From Ilumatobacteraceae bacterium (GTDB lineage Bacteria > Actinomycetota > Acidimicrobiia > Acidimicrobiales > Ilumatobacteraceae): DNA of 64,000 nucleotides. The position numbers and the translations under genes were made by a program. Below, in pieces: positions 19,412 through 32,691 of this stretch; within the stretch, counting starts at the first letter, position 1, and the number at the start of each line of letters is the position of its first letter. Location: assembly GCA_963746285.1 (NCBI GenBank), contig CAVVAO010000020.1, positions 9,476 to 73,475 on the forward strand, read 5' to 3'. A model generated the notes under the pieces. It was not told the DNA's origin and searched no databases. It worked only from the letters and a program-made list of their open reading frames with translations.

Positions 19412-21692
19412 CTACAGGAAGATCAGATCGACGGCGGTGCCGCGCGGGAACGTGGCACCCGCCTGGATCTCGTTGCCGTCGACCGACGCCGACACGAAGA
19501 GTCCCGCCGTCGTGCCGAGCAGGCCGTCGATGGTGTACCCCGCGTCGGCGAGCGCTGTCTGCGCTTCGGGATAGGTGAGGCCCGTGAGGTCCGGGAAGGC
19601 GACGAGGTCGGGGCCCTTCGACAGCTGGAACGTGACCGTGCCGCCACGATCGACGGGAGTGGCGGGCGCCGGGGTCTGGGTGACGACACGTCCGACTTCG
19701 ATGTCGTTGCTGAACACGTCATCACCCTGCGCCGAGACGAGCTGCAGCGCGTCGAGTGCGGCGGTTGCCTCCGCAGCGGTGAGATTGACGAGGTCGGGAG
19801 CCGGGCGTGGTTCGGGCCCGAGCGAGGCGGTGATCACGATCGCGGTGTCGGGCAGCACCTGCGCGCCGGCGGTCAGCGCGGCATCACCTTGGACCTGCCA
19901 GCGGATCACCGAGCCGGTGGGGACCTCCTCGGAGTACTCGGCTGGCGCCTCGACCGGAACGAGGCGCAATTCCGTGAGCGTGGCGACCGCGTCGGTCAGG
20001 GTCATGCCGGTCAGGTCGGGCAGCGTGCGCAGTTCGAAGCCGTCACTCACCACGATCACGAAGGTCTCGCCCTCGTCGAGCATCTCACCGGCCGCCGGGA
20101 CCGTCCGCACGACGTGGTCGATCTCGGGGACCTCGTCGCTGCGCTCGCGTTCGGTCTCGATCACCCAACCGTTGCCGGCGATCTCGTTGAGCGCGACCGA
20201 CTCCTCGACGCCCGTGAGGTCCGGGACCTCGAACGACTTGGTGCGTAGCAGCAGCCAGCCGGCGTAGCTCAGCAGGCCGATGCCGACGAGCACGACCAAC
20301 GCGATCACCGTGTACTTGCCCCACGGCCGCTTGGGTCGTTCCTCGTCGTAGAGCACGCCCGACGTCTGCGGCTCGCCGGATACCTCGGACAGCTCGACGG
20401 TGGGCGCTTCGGCGTCGGATGTGTCGGAGCCAGCGGCCGTGATCGGCATCACGACTGTGCCCGACGGACCGGTCGGTGCGCCCGTGGGCGAGACGTCAGC
20501 GCCGACCGGCTCGCTCCCCATGGTCGGATCGGGTTCGGAGGCCACCTGAACGGCGCCGGTCGGCGGATCGGCCAGATCGGTCAACAGCAGCAGCGGGACC
20601 GCAGCGTCCGGAAGCCCAGGGGTGGACTCGGCCGCCTGCGATTCCTCCTCCGAGACCGCTTCCGGCACAGGGTCGTCCGCAAGGTCGTCCTCGGGCTTCG
20701 CCGGTGGGGCCGGATCGACGCGGTGCGAAAGCGACGAGGCGAACAGGCTGGTGGCGAGCACCGGAATCGGCTCGGGCCGCGGAAGGGTCTCGGCGGCCGA
20801 GACGAGCGCCTTCGCGAATTCGGCCGCCGTCCATCGGTCCTCGGAGTCGGGCCGGCCGCCCCGTTCGAGCACCGACGCGAGTGACCCCATGTCGGCGGTG
20901 ACCGGCATCAGTTTGCCGACACGGGCCGCCAATGTCGACACGGTCGAATCACCAGCGAAGGGCACCTTGCCCGTGATCGACTCGATCAGACACAACGACA
21001 GGGCGTACACATCGGTCTTCTCGTCGACATCGAGGCCGAGCGCCTGTTCGGGCGACGAGTAGCGCGCAACATGGGTCGCAACGGTCGCTGGTTCGTGCCA
21101 CGCTTCGGCGCCGAGCAGTCGGGCCATGGCGACGTCGACGACCCGCAGGCGTGCGTCCTCGCCGAACACCAGCTTCGATGGCGTGAGCTCGGTGTGGACG
21201 ATCCCTCGGCTGTGCGCGGCCTCGAGGGCCCGTGCGGCTTCGAGGCCCACCACCAGCGCCTGCGAGGGATCGAGGAGTCGGCCACGGTCGAAGAGATCGC
21301 GCAGGCTTCCGCCGCCGAGGTATTCGACGACCCAGAACAGCGTGGACTCGCCGTCGAACTCGGTCTCGCCCCACCCGAGCACCGACGCGATGTTGGGATG
21401 GTTCAGCGCCATGCCGACTTCGACCTGCCGACGGAATGCCTGGCGGAATGCGGTCGTCACGGCCAGTTCGGGCCGCACGATCTTCACGGTGACCGGCCGG
21501 TTGGCCTCGATGTCGATCGCCTCGGTGATCACCGTGTTGGCACCGGCGGTCACCACGTTCTCGATGCGGTACCGGTCGGCCAACACGCGTCCGACCACGC
21601 TGTCCACCCCTGTGGGGGTCGGATCGGGTGTGTCGGTGTCCACAGCGGGCGAAACGCTATCGGCTGAGCAAGTCGCGTGGAGGGCGGGCATC

Positions 21693-21694
<2 letters not shown>
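19412..21694 (-). CDS. Membrane Ser/Thr protein kinase homologue with four PASTA domains (PknB-like); catalytic motifs degenerate
   Basis: Kinase fold from ..DRYRIENVV.. onward, one TM span (YTVIALVVLVGIGLLSYAGWLLL) and four PASTA-like repeats starting VPDLTG/LPDLTG/APDLVN/FPDLTG. Start taken at the MM at 21694; an internal GTG is also possible. Confidence 0.85.
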
Positions 21695-24352
<2,658 letters not shown>

Positions 24353-24377
24353 CTACGACGTGTGCACCACCCGTCGG

Positions 24378-24415
24378 TCACGTACACGATGTGCCTGGCA
24401 CATCGTGTACGTCAG
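24378..24415. repeat. Palindromic repeat family 1, copy b
   Basis: Identical 38-mer to 18404-18441. It again begins at the stop codon (24412-24414) of a minus-strand gene. Confidence 0.85.
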
Positions 24416-25458
24416 GCGCCGAGCGCGAAACGGGTGGCGGCCGACTGGTCCTGGACCCGCTTGCCGACGTCCGCGGTCAGCCGGACGATCCGGCGTGCGA
24501 CCGACGCGGAGTGCATCGCCAAACCGCAGTGCGGTGTCACGATGCTCTGACGCCGCAACAGCACCGGATCGCAGCCGCGCTGCACCAGGCTGCACCACAG
24601 GTCGCTCAGTGCTCGCCACTGCCGTTCCGAGGTGGATGGAACCGGGCCGTCGGTGGGGACGACACCCCACGCGATGATGCCACCGTCGGCGAGGAAGCGG
24701 GTGAGATAGCCGACCCACTCGACGAGGTCCGGTGCGACCGGCAGCGACACGACGTTCGGCCCGGACGCCAGCAACGTCGCGACGTCGCACGGTGCGCAGC
24801 AGTGCACGCCGGTGAGCGTGGTGGCCGGCAGTGCCGCCATGGCGCTCGACATCCGGTCGATCGCCTCGTCGGGAGGGATCGGGAAGCCGGACTCCATCAG
24901 CTCGGCGAACCAGGGCTCGTCGAGCACCACCATCTGCCGCGAGTTCGGCAGTGCCTCGGTCACCACGGCGGAGAGCGCGGTGAGACGGTCGTGGACCGTC
25001 GACAGTGCGAGGTCGAAGGCCGACTCGCGGTCGAGGCCGGCACGGTGGAGCGCGACGCCGAGCGTGACCGGACCGACGAACTGCCACTTCACCGCAGCAC
25101 CGTCGAGTCGGACCTTGCCGGCGAGGTCGAGGAAGGCTCGAAAGCCGGTGAACGCGTCGCGGCCGATGTCGGTGGAGATCGAGGCAAGCGGCTTCACGGA
25201 GTCCGGATCGACGGTGATGGCCCCGTCAGCGCCGATCGTCACACCCTTCACACCCACGAGCGCCTGGCCGAACATCAACTCGTCGGGTGACCGGCGCGGC
25301 AGCGTCGGGATCGTCGCGACGTCGAACTCGCCGATCGCGAACGCTGCGGCAGCTTCGGGATCGACGTGGGGGAGGCTGCCGATGCCGGCGGTCGCACCGT
25401 CGGCGAACGCGGAGCGGGCAGCGGTCTGCGTACGGACACCCACCTCGAACTCGCTCAC
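24412..25458 (-). CDS. Cobalamin-independent methionine synthase (MetE C-terminal)-like family protein
   Basis: 348 aa from the GTG at 25458, with gggagg 7 nt upstream. It carries a MetE/UROD-like pattern (..GIGSLPH.., ..VVLDEPW.., ..GVHCCA..) and lies next to ligA, as I recall for mycobacteria. Confidence 0.75.
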   Translation of the reverse strand: MSEFEVGVRTQTAARSAFADGATAGIGSLPHVDPEAAAAFAIGEFDVATIPTLPRRSPDELMFGQALVGVKGVTIGADGAITVDPDSVKPLASISTDIGRDAFTGFRAFLDLAGKVRLDGAAVKWQFVGPVTLGVALHRAGLDRESAFDLALSTVHDRLTALSAVVTEALPNSRQMVVLDEPWFAELMESGFPIPPDEAIDRMSSAMAALPATTLTGVHCCAPCDVATLLASGPNVVSLPVAPDLVEWVGYLTRFLADGGIIAWGVVPTDGPVPSTSERQWRALSDLWCSLVQRGCDPVLLRRQSIVTPHCGLAMHSASVARRIVRLTADVGKRVQDQSAATRFALGA

Positions 25459-25668
25459 GACACACCTCCCATCGGTGATCCCCAGTATTTTGCCAGTCCG
25501 GCGGACACCGGTCTGGGATCTCTGCATCGTTCCACGCTGCACGCGACGCGACCGAATCGGTTCGCGCGTCCGGTGATGGTCGAGCGTCACGCCGCGGAAC
25601 TGATGCGTCGTCGGCAGCCTGAGTGCACGCACGGCCGCGATCGTCGGATTCGACGGCAACCTGTTGGG

Positions 25669-26572
25669 ATGTCGACAGCTCCCGACGGATCGATCGACCG
25701 GCTGGCCCGGTTCGCGCCCTGGGTGGCGCGGGTGGCGTGGATCGTCGTCGCGGTGATCGGCGGTGGTGCCGTCGAGTCGGCGATCGACGGGCGGAGTTCG
25801 GCGGTGGCGTGGACGGCAGCGATCGGTGGGTGGACGATCTGGGCGATCGCCGCGCTCGCGCTGGCGATCGCCGCGGTCTGGTCGCTGACCGTCGTCCGGG
25901 TGGTCGTGCCATTGGGACTGGTGGCGACGGTCGGCGCGGCGATCGGCGGTGCCGACCGCGGTCGAATTGGCGCTGTTGGGTGCACCGGCCATCATCACGG
26001 CAGCGGCGGTGATGTCCGCCGAGTTCGGCCGCCGATGGGTGCAGGCGTCGGCGTACGGCGACGAGGAGCGATTCCCACTGCGGCTCCCCGTGGGCGCCGG
26101 CGCGGCGGCGGTCGTGGCGTGGTTGATGTGGGCGCCGACGATGATCGCCGGTCCGCTCCTGCTCGCCGCCGAATCCTGGATCGCGGGCGCGCTGGTGACC
26201 GCGCTGGCGCTTGGCGGTGTCGTGACACTCGGACCGCGATGGCACCGGTTGTCACGGCGGTGGTTCGTCCTGGTGCCGGCCGGGGTCGTCGTGCACGATC
26301 CCGTCGTGCTGGCCGACACCTTCCCGCTGCGAACGGCACAGGTGGCCTCGATCGGGCTTGCTCCTGCCGACACCCAGGCAGCAGATCTGACCGGACCGGC
26401 GAGCGGGTACGCCGTCGAGGTCACGACCACCGAATCGGTGACTGCGGTGTTCGCGTTCACGCCGTCGGAACCGAACGGGAAGGCGATCCACCTGCGTTCG
26501 TTCCTGATCGCGCCGAGCCGTCCTGGTCGGGTCCTGCGATCAGCCCGAACCCGCGGCCTCCCGATCGTCTGA
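25669..26572 (+). pseudogene. Conserved-looking polytopic membrane protein, one apparent frameshift near 25955
   Basis: The N-terminal TM segments lie in the frame of ORF 25366..26658 from the ATG at 25669. The continuation (..ELALLGAPAIITAAAVMSAEFGRRW..) lies in ORF 25949..26572. Confidence 0.55.
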
Positions 26573-26610
26573 CCATCCACCCGTGTCCTCCCGGACCGTG
26601 TCCTTCCGAA

Positions 26611-26648
26611 CCTGTCCTTCCGGACCCGACCCGAAAAGACAGGGTTGC
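26611..26648. repeat. Repeat family 3, copy a (cctgtccttccggacccgacccgaaaagacagggttgc)
   Basis: Identical 38-mer at 60719-60756. It lies 14 nt beyond the mnmA stop and is preceded (26581-26625) by three degenerate ~14-nt units gtccYYccgRacc. Confidence 0.75.
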
Positions 26649-26661
26649 GCGCCGGTGACGC

Positions 26662-27704
26662 TCAGCGGCAGATGCCGCCGCCGAGGACCCGGGTATCGGT
26701 CGGGTCGTAGGCGACGACGCTCTGACCGGGAGCGATGCGACGTTGGGGTTCACGCCAGCGCACCGAGATCGACTCGTCGACGACGGTGATGGTCGCGGGC
26801 AACGCCCGGCCGTGGGCACTGCACTGCACGAGCGCGCTCCCTCGACCGGCCCGTCGACCCAGGCCATCCGATCGACGACGAGTTCATCGCGCAACAGATC
26901 GGCGTCGGTGCCGACGGTGACGGTCGCCGAGGCGCTGTCGACGTCGATGACGTACCGCTTCGGTCCGCCGCCCGGCAGCCCGATGCCCTTGCGCTGGCCG
27001 ACGGTGACCAGTTCGACCGACTCGACCTCACCGAGGTGGCGACCGTCGGTGTCCACGACCGTGCCGGAGCGAAACGGGATCCGCTCGCCGAGGAACGACG
27101 TGCGCCCGCCGGTGGAGGTGATGAAGCACACGTCCTGGCTGTCGGGCTTGGTGGCGGTGCGCAGGTCGATCGACGCGGCGAGCGCACGCAGGTCGGACTT
27201 CTGCATCCCTCCGACCGGGAACATCGTGCGGGCGAGCTGCACCTGGTCGAGCATGTGCACCACGTAGCTCTGGTCCTTCGCCGAGTCGGCGCCTCGTTCG
27301 AGCGTGTAGCGACCGGCGGCGGTCCGCCCGATGGTCGCGTGATGGCCCGTGGCGACCGCATCGAACCCGAGCAGATCGGCCCGCTCGGCGAGACGGGCGA
27401 ACTTGACCGACCGGTTGCACTCGATGCACGGGTTCGGTGTGACGCCACGGGTGTGGGCGTCGACGTACGGCGCGACGACGTGCTCGTCGAAGTCGTCGCC
27501 GAAGTTGAAGACGAGGTGGTCGATGCCGAGCTGCTGGGCGACGCGCCGCGCGTCGTCGACATCGGACACGGAGCAGCATCCCGTGTCGCTGTCGCCGCCC
27601 CACAGCTTCATCGTGACACCGACGACCTCGTGACCCGCGCGCTGCAGCAGCAGCGCGGCGACGGAGGAGTCGACGCCGCCGCTCATGGCGCACATCACCT
27701 TCAT
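26662..27704 (-). pseudogene. mnmA: tRNA 2-thiouridine(34) synthase MnmA, single apparent frameshift near 26815
   Basis: The PP-loop AMSGGVDSSVAA.. through ..MAWVDGPVEG lies in ORF 26457..28208. The conserved C-terminus (LVQCSAHGRALPATITVVDESISVRWREPQRRIAPGQSVVAYD..LGGGICR*) is only readable in a different frame and ends at 26662. Confidence 0.9.
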
Positions 27705-27711
27705 GAGCCGC

Positions 27712-28896
27712 TCACGACGAGCTCCCGATCGCGGCCCCGGCCATCCGACGGCGCAACTGATCGACCGACGTACCGACGACATCGATCGCCCGATCGACGT
27801 CGGCAGCGGTCGTGGTGTGCCCGAGGGTGAGCCGCAGCGCCCCGAGCGCGACCGACCGGTCGACGCCCATCGCAGCGAGGACGTGCGACGGCTCCATCGC
27901 ACCGCTCGCGCACGCGGACGCGGCCGACGCACACACGCCGGCTTCGTCGAGCAGGAACAGCAGCGCCTCGGACTCGATGCCGGCGATGCAGACGTGGGCC
28001 GAACCGGCCACCTTGTGCCCGCGCGGCACGGTCTCGACGACTCCGTCGAGACGGTCCTGCAGCCCGGTGACGAGCGCATCACGAAGGACGGCGAGTCGGG
28101 TGTTCTCCTCGACGCGGTCACGATCGGTGAGCTCGAGCGCAACGGCCGCGGCGACGATGCCGGCGGTGTTGTGGGTGCCGCTGCGACGTTCGCGTTCCTG
28201 CCCGCCACCGATGATCAACGGATCGACCTTCGGCCCGCCCCGTTCGACGAGCACGCCGACGCCCTTGGGACCGCCGAACTTGTGCGCGCTGAGCGAGAGC
28301 AGGTCGACATGCGGGGTGATCTCGCGCAGGTCGAGCCAGCACGCCGACTGAACCGCGTCGGTGTGCAGCAGAGCACCGGGTGCATGGCGCCGCACGACCC
28401 GGGCGACCTCCGCGATGTCGGTGACGGTCCCGACCTCGTTGTTGACCGCCATGACGCTGACGATCGCGACGTCGGACGTCGCATCGAGCACCGCCGAGAG
28501 TTCGTCGAGGTCGACACGGCCGAACGAGTCCACCCCCACCACACGTCCACGCCGGCCGAGGTGCTCCACGACGTGCAGCACCGCGTGGTGCTCGACCGCC
28601 GGGCACACCGCGACCCCGCCGCGACGAGCGACCGCCCCGGTGATCGCCATGTTGTCGCTCTCGGTACCGCAGCCGGTGAACACGACCTCGTTCGGGTGGC
28701 AGCCGACGACGTCGGCCACGGTGTCGCGAGCTTCGTCGACGGCCTGACGTGCCCGACGGGCGAAGCGGTGCGAGCCCGACGGGTTCGCGTACAGCTGCGA
28801 GAAGTACGGCATCATCGCCTCGACCGCCTCGGCGCGCATCGGCGTGGACGCCGCATGGTCGAGATAGGTGATGGCCGGCTCCGTCACCTCGGCCAC
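27712..28896 (-). CDS. iscS: Cysteine desulfurase (IscS/NifS family)
   Basis: 394 aa from the GTG at 28896, with ..YLDHAAST.., the PLP-Lys motif SLSAHKFGGPKG and the active-site loop SAASACASG. Upstream of mnmA, as in other actinobacteria. Confidence 0.9.
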   Translation of the reverse strand: MAEVTEPAITYLDHAASTPMRAEAVEAMMPYFSQLYANPSGSHRFARRARQAVDEARDTVADVVGCHPNEVVFTGCGTESDNMAITGAVARRGGVAVCPAVEHHAVLHVVEHLGRRGRVVGVDSFGRVDLDELSAVLDATSDVAIVSVMAVNNEVGTVTDIAEVARVVRRHAPGALLHTDAVQSACWLDLREITPHVDLLSLSAHKFGGPKGVGVLVERGGPKVDPLIIGGGQERERRSGTHNTAGIVAAAVALELTDRDRVEENTRLAVLRDALVTGLQDRLDGVVETVPRGHKVAGSAHVCIAGIESEALLFLLDEAGVCASAASACASGAMEPSHVLAAMGVDRSVALGALRLTLGHTTTAADVDRAIDVVGTSVDQLRRRMAGAAIGSSS

Positions 28897-28900
28897 GCTA

Positions 28901-28938
28901 CCGATTGCAGCAGGGGTCTGACCCCTGCGGCAATCGCG
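28901..28938. repeat. Repeat family 2 (GGGGTC-W-GACCCC core), copy a: 37-nt near-perfect palindrome
   Basis: ccgattgcagcaGGGGTCtGACCCCtgcggcaatcg, with 16 of 18 arm positions complementary. It fills most of the 58-nt gap between the divergent iscS and methyltransferase starts. Confidence 0.75.
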
Positions 28939-28954
28939 GCCTAGCCTCGGATGG

Positions 28955-29726
28955 GTGCGGGGATACGACCATCGTTCGTACGGCGACGGGTTCGCCGACG
29001 TGTACGACGAGTGGTACGCCGACGTCACCGACGTCGACGCCACGGTCGCACGCATGGTCGAACTCGCCGGTGCCGGCGGGCGCGTGCTCGAACTCGGTGT
29101 CGGTACCGGACGCCTCGCGGTGCCGATGGCGGACGCGGGCCTCCACGTCGTCGGCGTCGACAGCAGCGAGGCCATGCTCGCCAAGCTGAACGAACGTGAC
29201 CCCGCTCGGAGCGTCGACGCGGTGTGCGCCGACATCACCGGCGACCTTCCGGTCGGGCCCTTCGACGTCGTACTCATCGCCTACAACACGATCTTCAACC
29301 TGCTCGGTGAACACGACCAACCGCGGCTGTTCCAGCACGTCGCCGAACGGCTCGCTCCCGGCGGCGCGTTCGTCGTCGAGGCGTTCGTGCCCGTCTCCGA
29401 CGGCGCCGATGGCACGACAACCGTCGTCGAAGGTGACCGTGCGATCGATGGCGGTCGACCACGTCGTGCTGTCGGTGTCGGTCAACCGCCCGAACGAACA
29501 GCTGGCCGAGGGTCAGTTCGTGCAGTTCTCGCAGGACGGCGGCGTGCGGCTGCGGCCGTGGTCGATCCGCTGGGCGACGCCCGAACAGCTCGACGCCATG
29601 GCGATCGCGGCCGGGCTGCGACTCGACGCGCGATTCGGCGACATGGCCGGCACGGCGTTCACGGACGACAGCGCGCAGCACGTCTCGATCTACCGCCGAG
29701 CGGGCGACGGCGTGGCAGCCGGATGA
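28955..29726 (+). pseudogene. Class I SAM-dependent methyltransferase, one apparent frameshift near 29425
   Basis: Motif I VLELGVGTGRLAVP and ..LIAYNTIFNL.. lie in ORF 28955... The C-terminal part (..VTVRSMAVDHVVLSVS..WSIRWATPEQLD..) lies in ORF 29196..29726. Confidence 0.8.
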
Positions 29727-30564
29727 CGACGCCGAAGTTCGGCCTCGGGGTTCCCAACGGCGGCGACTTCGCCGACCCGCGCCGTCTCGCTGAACTCGCC
29801 GCTGCCGCCGAAGCGTCCGGGTGGGACGGCTTCTTCCTGTGGGACCACGTCATCCGCCGCCGGCCGTGGCAGCCGATGGTCGATCCCGTGGGTGTCGCTC
29901 GCCGCGGTCGCGGTGGCGACCGAGCGGATCATCCTCGGGCCGATGGTGACCCCGCTCGCACGACGGCGGGTGTCGGTGGTCGCACGGCAGTCGGTGACGC
30001 TCGACCGGCTGTGCGACGGCCGCCTGCGACTCGGCGTCGGCCTCGGCGCGCCCGACGACGAGTTCACACGGTTCGGCGAGAGCGCCGATCCGAAGCGTCG
30101 GGCGCAGTTGCTCGACGAGTCGCTCGAGGCGTTGCAGCTGCTGTGGTCGGGCGCGGCGGTCTCCTACCGCGGCGACCTGGTGACCCTCGACGACGTCGAG
30201 TTCCGCCCCACCCCGGTCAACGGCCGCATCCCGATCTGGGTCGCCGGTGGCTGGCCGGGCGGCGCGCCCTTTCGCCGAGCTGCACGCTTCGACGGCGTCT
30301 GGCCGGTCGCGAAGGTGGGCGGCTACCTGCAGCGTCGACGAGTTCGTCGAGTGCGTCGCCGAGGTCCAGCGCCTCCGCGACACCGACGATCCGTTCGATG
30401 CGTGCTTCGTCGACCGCAGCCCGGGGCCGGCGACGCCGACGACCACCGACAAGATCGACCGACTCGTCGAGGGCGGGATGACGTGGTGGATCGACTCGCT
30501 CGACGATCCGACGGTCCCGTTCGAACGACACCTCGATCGCGTCCTGGCCGGACCTCCGAGCTGA
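29723..30564 (+). pseudogene. LLM-class (luciferase-like) flavin/F420-dependent oxidoreductase, two apparent frameshifts (about 29888 and 30325)
   Basis: Three consecutive fragments lie in three frames: MTTPKFGLGVPNGG..FFLWDH..VDP / (W)VSLAAVAVATERIILGPMVTPL..TLDRLCDGRLRLGVG / ..VDEFVECVAEVQRL... The ATG overlaps the upstream stop (ATGA). Confidence 0.8.
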
Positions 30565-30577
30565 CGTGCGCAACCGG

Positions 30578-30654
30578 CACGTTTGCGTCGCGATTCTGAT
30601 GGGACGGGTCACCGAATCCGCAACGCGAACGTGAAGTGACCGGGCCCGGCGGGC
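30578..30654 (+). repeat. Repeat family 5, diverged copy (long hairpin with apical gatgggacgggtca)
   Basis: cacgtttgcgtcgcg...cgcaacgcgaacgtg forms a 15-bp stem with 1 mismatch. It is alignable with the two tandem copies at 48080-48243. Confidence 0.65.
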
Positions 30655-30694
30655 TGACCTGGCCAACCGATCACGGGGTACCGTTGGCGGCGCC

Positions 30695-32644
30695 ATGGCG
30701 TACCGCTACCTCTGGACCCCGCAACAGCTCGGCCCCGTCGAGGTGCGCAACCGCATCGTGTTCTCCGCGCACCTCACGAACTACGCACGAGACGGGCTGC
30801 CGACCGAGCAGCACGCCGCCTACTACGGCGCCGCGGGCCGCGGGTGGCACCGGGCTCATCATCACCGAGGAGCACTCGACCCACCCGACCGACTGGCCGT
30901 ACGAGAAGCTGATCCACGGCTTCCACCGCGACGTGATCCCCGGCTACCGCACGATCACCGACGCCGTCCACCGCCACCGCGTCCCGATCTTCGCCCAGAT
31001 CAACCACAACGGCGGCCAGGCCTCCTCGATGTACTCGCGGCTGCCGGTCTGGGCGCCGTCGCCGGTCGCCGACCCGCTGTTCCGCGAGGTCCCCAAGGCG
31101 GTCACCCACGCCGAGATCGACGAGATCGTCGCCGGCTACGCCCTGGTCGCCGAACACTGCGCCGAGGGCGGGTTCGACGGCATCGAGCTGCAGTGCTCGC
31201 ACAGCTCGATCGTGCGTGGCTTCCTCTCCCCCGCCACCAACCACCGCACCGACGACTACGGCGGGTCGCTCGAGAACCGGGCTCGGCTGCTCGTCGAGAT
31301 CGTCGCCGCGGTGCGCGAGGCGATCGGACGCGGCCTGGCGCTCGGCGTGCGGATCTGCGGCGACGAGCTGATCGAGGACGGCACCACGATCGACGACGCG
31401 GTGCGCATCGCCGAGATCGTCGAGGCCACCGGGCCAGGTCGACTACATCAACACCTCGATCGGCGTCGCCACGGCGAGGCTGTTCATGATCGAGGCGTCG
31501 ATGCACATCCCGCCCGGCTACGCCATGTTCATCCCCTCCGCGATCCGCAAGGCCGTCGATCTGCCGGTCGTCGGCGTGGGCCGGTTCAAGGATCCACTCC
31601 AGGCCGAGCGGGCGCTGGCCGAGGGCCACTGCGACCTCGTCGGCGTGGTGCGCGGGCCAGATCGCCGACGCCGACTTCGCCGCCAAGGCCCGCGCCGGCG
31701 CGACCGACGAGACCCGGCTGTGCCTGTCGTGCAACCAGGAGTGCGTCGGCCGGATGGGTCTCAACCGGTGGCTCGGCTGCATCGAGAACCCGCGCACCGG
31801 TCGTGAGTCCGAGGGCGTCGGCTCGGTCAGGATGACGTCGAAGCCGAAGTCGGTGATGGTCGTCGGCGCCGGTCCGGCCGGGCTGCAGGCGGCGATCGCC
31901 GCTCGCCGCAACGGCCATCAGGTGACGGTGTACGAGAAGGAGGCGGTGGCCGGCGGCCAGGTCCGGCTCGCGGCGTCGGTGCCGAACCGGGCCGAGTTCG
32001 GCGACATGATCCGCAACCAGCTCACCGAGTGCCGGCGCCTCGGCGTCGAGTTCCAGTACGGGATCGGGGTGTGGCCGGGACTGGTCGAGGAGCAGCGACC
32101 CGACCACGTGATCGTCGCCACCGGCGCCGAAGCCGCGCGCCCGTAGTGGGTGCCCGACGACGTCGACAACGTCGTCGACGTCCGCGAGGTGCTCGACGGC
32201 TCGGCGCAGCCGTTCGGCGACGTCGTGGTGATCGACGAGATCGGCTTCCACCACGCGACCTCGACCGCCGAGGTGCTCGCCGATCGCGGCTGCGACGTCG
32301 AGATCGTCACGCCGGGCATGGTCGTCGGTCAGGACCTCGGCATCACGCTCGACATGGAGAACTGGTGGATCCGCGCCGGCGAGAAGGGGATCGTGCAGAC
32401 CACCGATCTCGTGCCGATGGCGATGGAGGGCCGCACGCTCACCCTCCTGCACCACCCGACGGGCACCAACGTGACCCGCACGCCCGACTGGGTCGTGCTC
32501 GCCGTGCACGCCAACCCCGTCGAGTGGCTCTACCACGATCTGAAGGCCGCCGGCGTCAGCGTCGAGCGGGTCGGCGACTGCGTCGCCCCCCGCCGCGCCC
32601 ACGCCGCCGTCGTCGAGGGCGAACGCGCCGGCGCCGCCGTCTGA
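30695..32644 (+). pseudogene. Old-yellow-enzyme/2,4-dienoyl-CoA reductase-like NADH:flavin oxidoreductase with C-terminal FAD/NAD(P) domain; 3 frameshifts and an in-frame TAG
   Basis: Fragments lie in ORFs 30695.., 30636.., 31486.., 31754.. and 32150... They read ..GLIITEEHS.., FAQINHNGGQ, HRTDDYGGSLENR, CLSCNQECVG, VVGAGPAGLQAA. Shifts lie near 30830, 31432 and 31655, and a TAG sits at 32144-32146 in frame. Confidence 0.85.
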
Positions 32645-32675
32645 TCACGCCAGGGGTCAGACCCCAGGCGTGATC
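32643..32675. repeat. Repeat family 2, copy b (gatcacgccaGGGGTCaGACCCCaggcgtgatc)
   Basis: 15 of 16 arm positions are complementary. It overlaps the stop of the oxidoreductase and precedes the GH3 start. Confidence 0.75.
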
Positions 32676-32691
32676 GTGCAAGACTCGCGAC

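Noticed and set aside
25459-25668. SAM or cobalamin riboswitch in the 210-nt leader of the MetE-like gene.
   Set aside because: There are some local hairpins (for example accga-a-tcggt), but no SAM-I/SAM-IV or B12-box consensus that I can recognise. It would need a covariance-model scan.
30578-30654. Family-5 element as a riboswitch or leader for the downstream flavin oxidoreductase. The ACGG-containing apical loop also briefly suggested a guanidine-II-type hairpin.
   Set aside because: The 48-kb copies lie in the opposite orientation relative to their downstream gene (the 2OG oxygenase on the minus strand). The loop is GGACGGGU rather than an ACGR tetraloop closed by G-C pairs, and there is no second ACGR hairpin. 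A dispersed structured repeat fits better.
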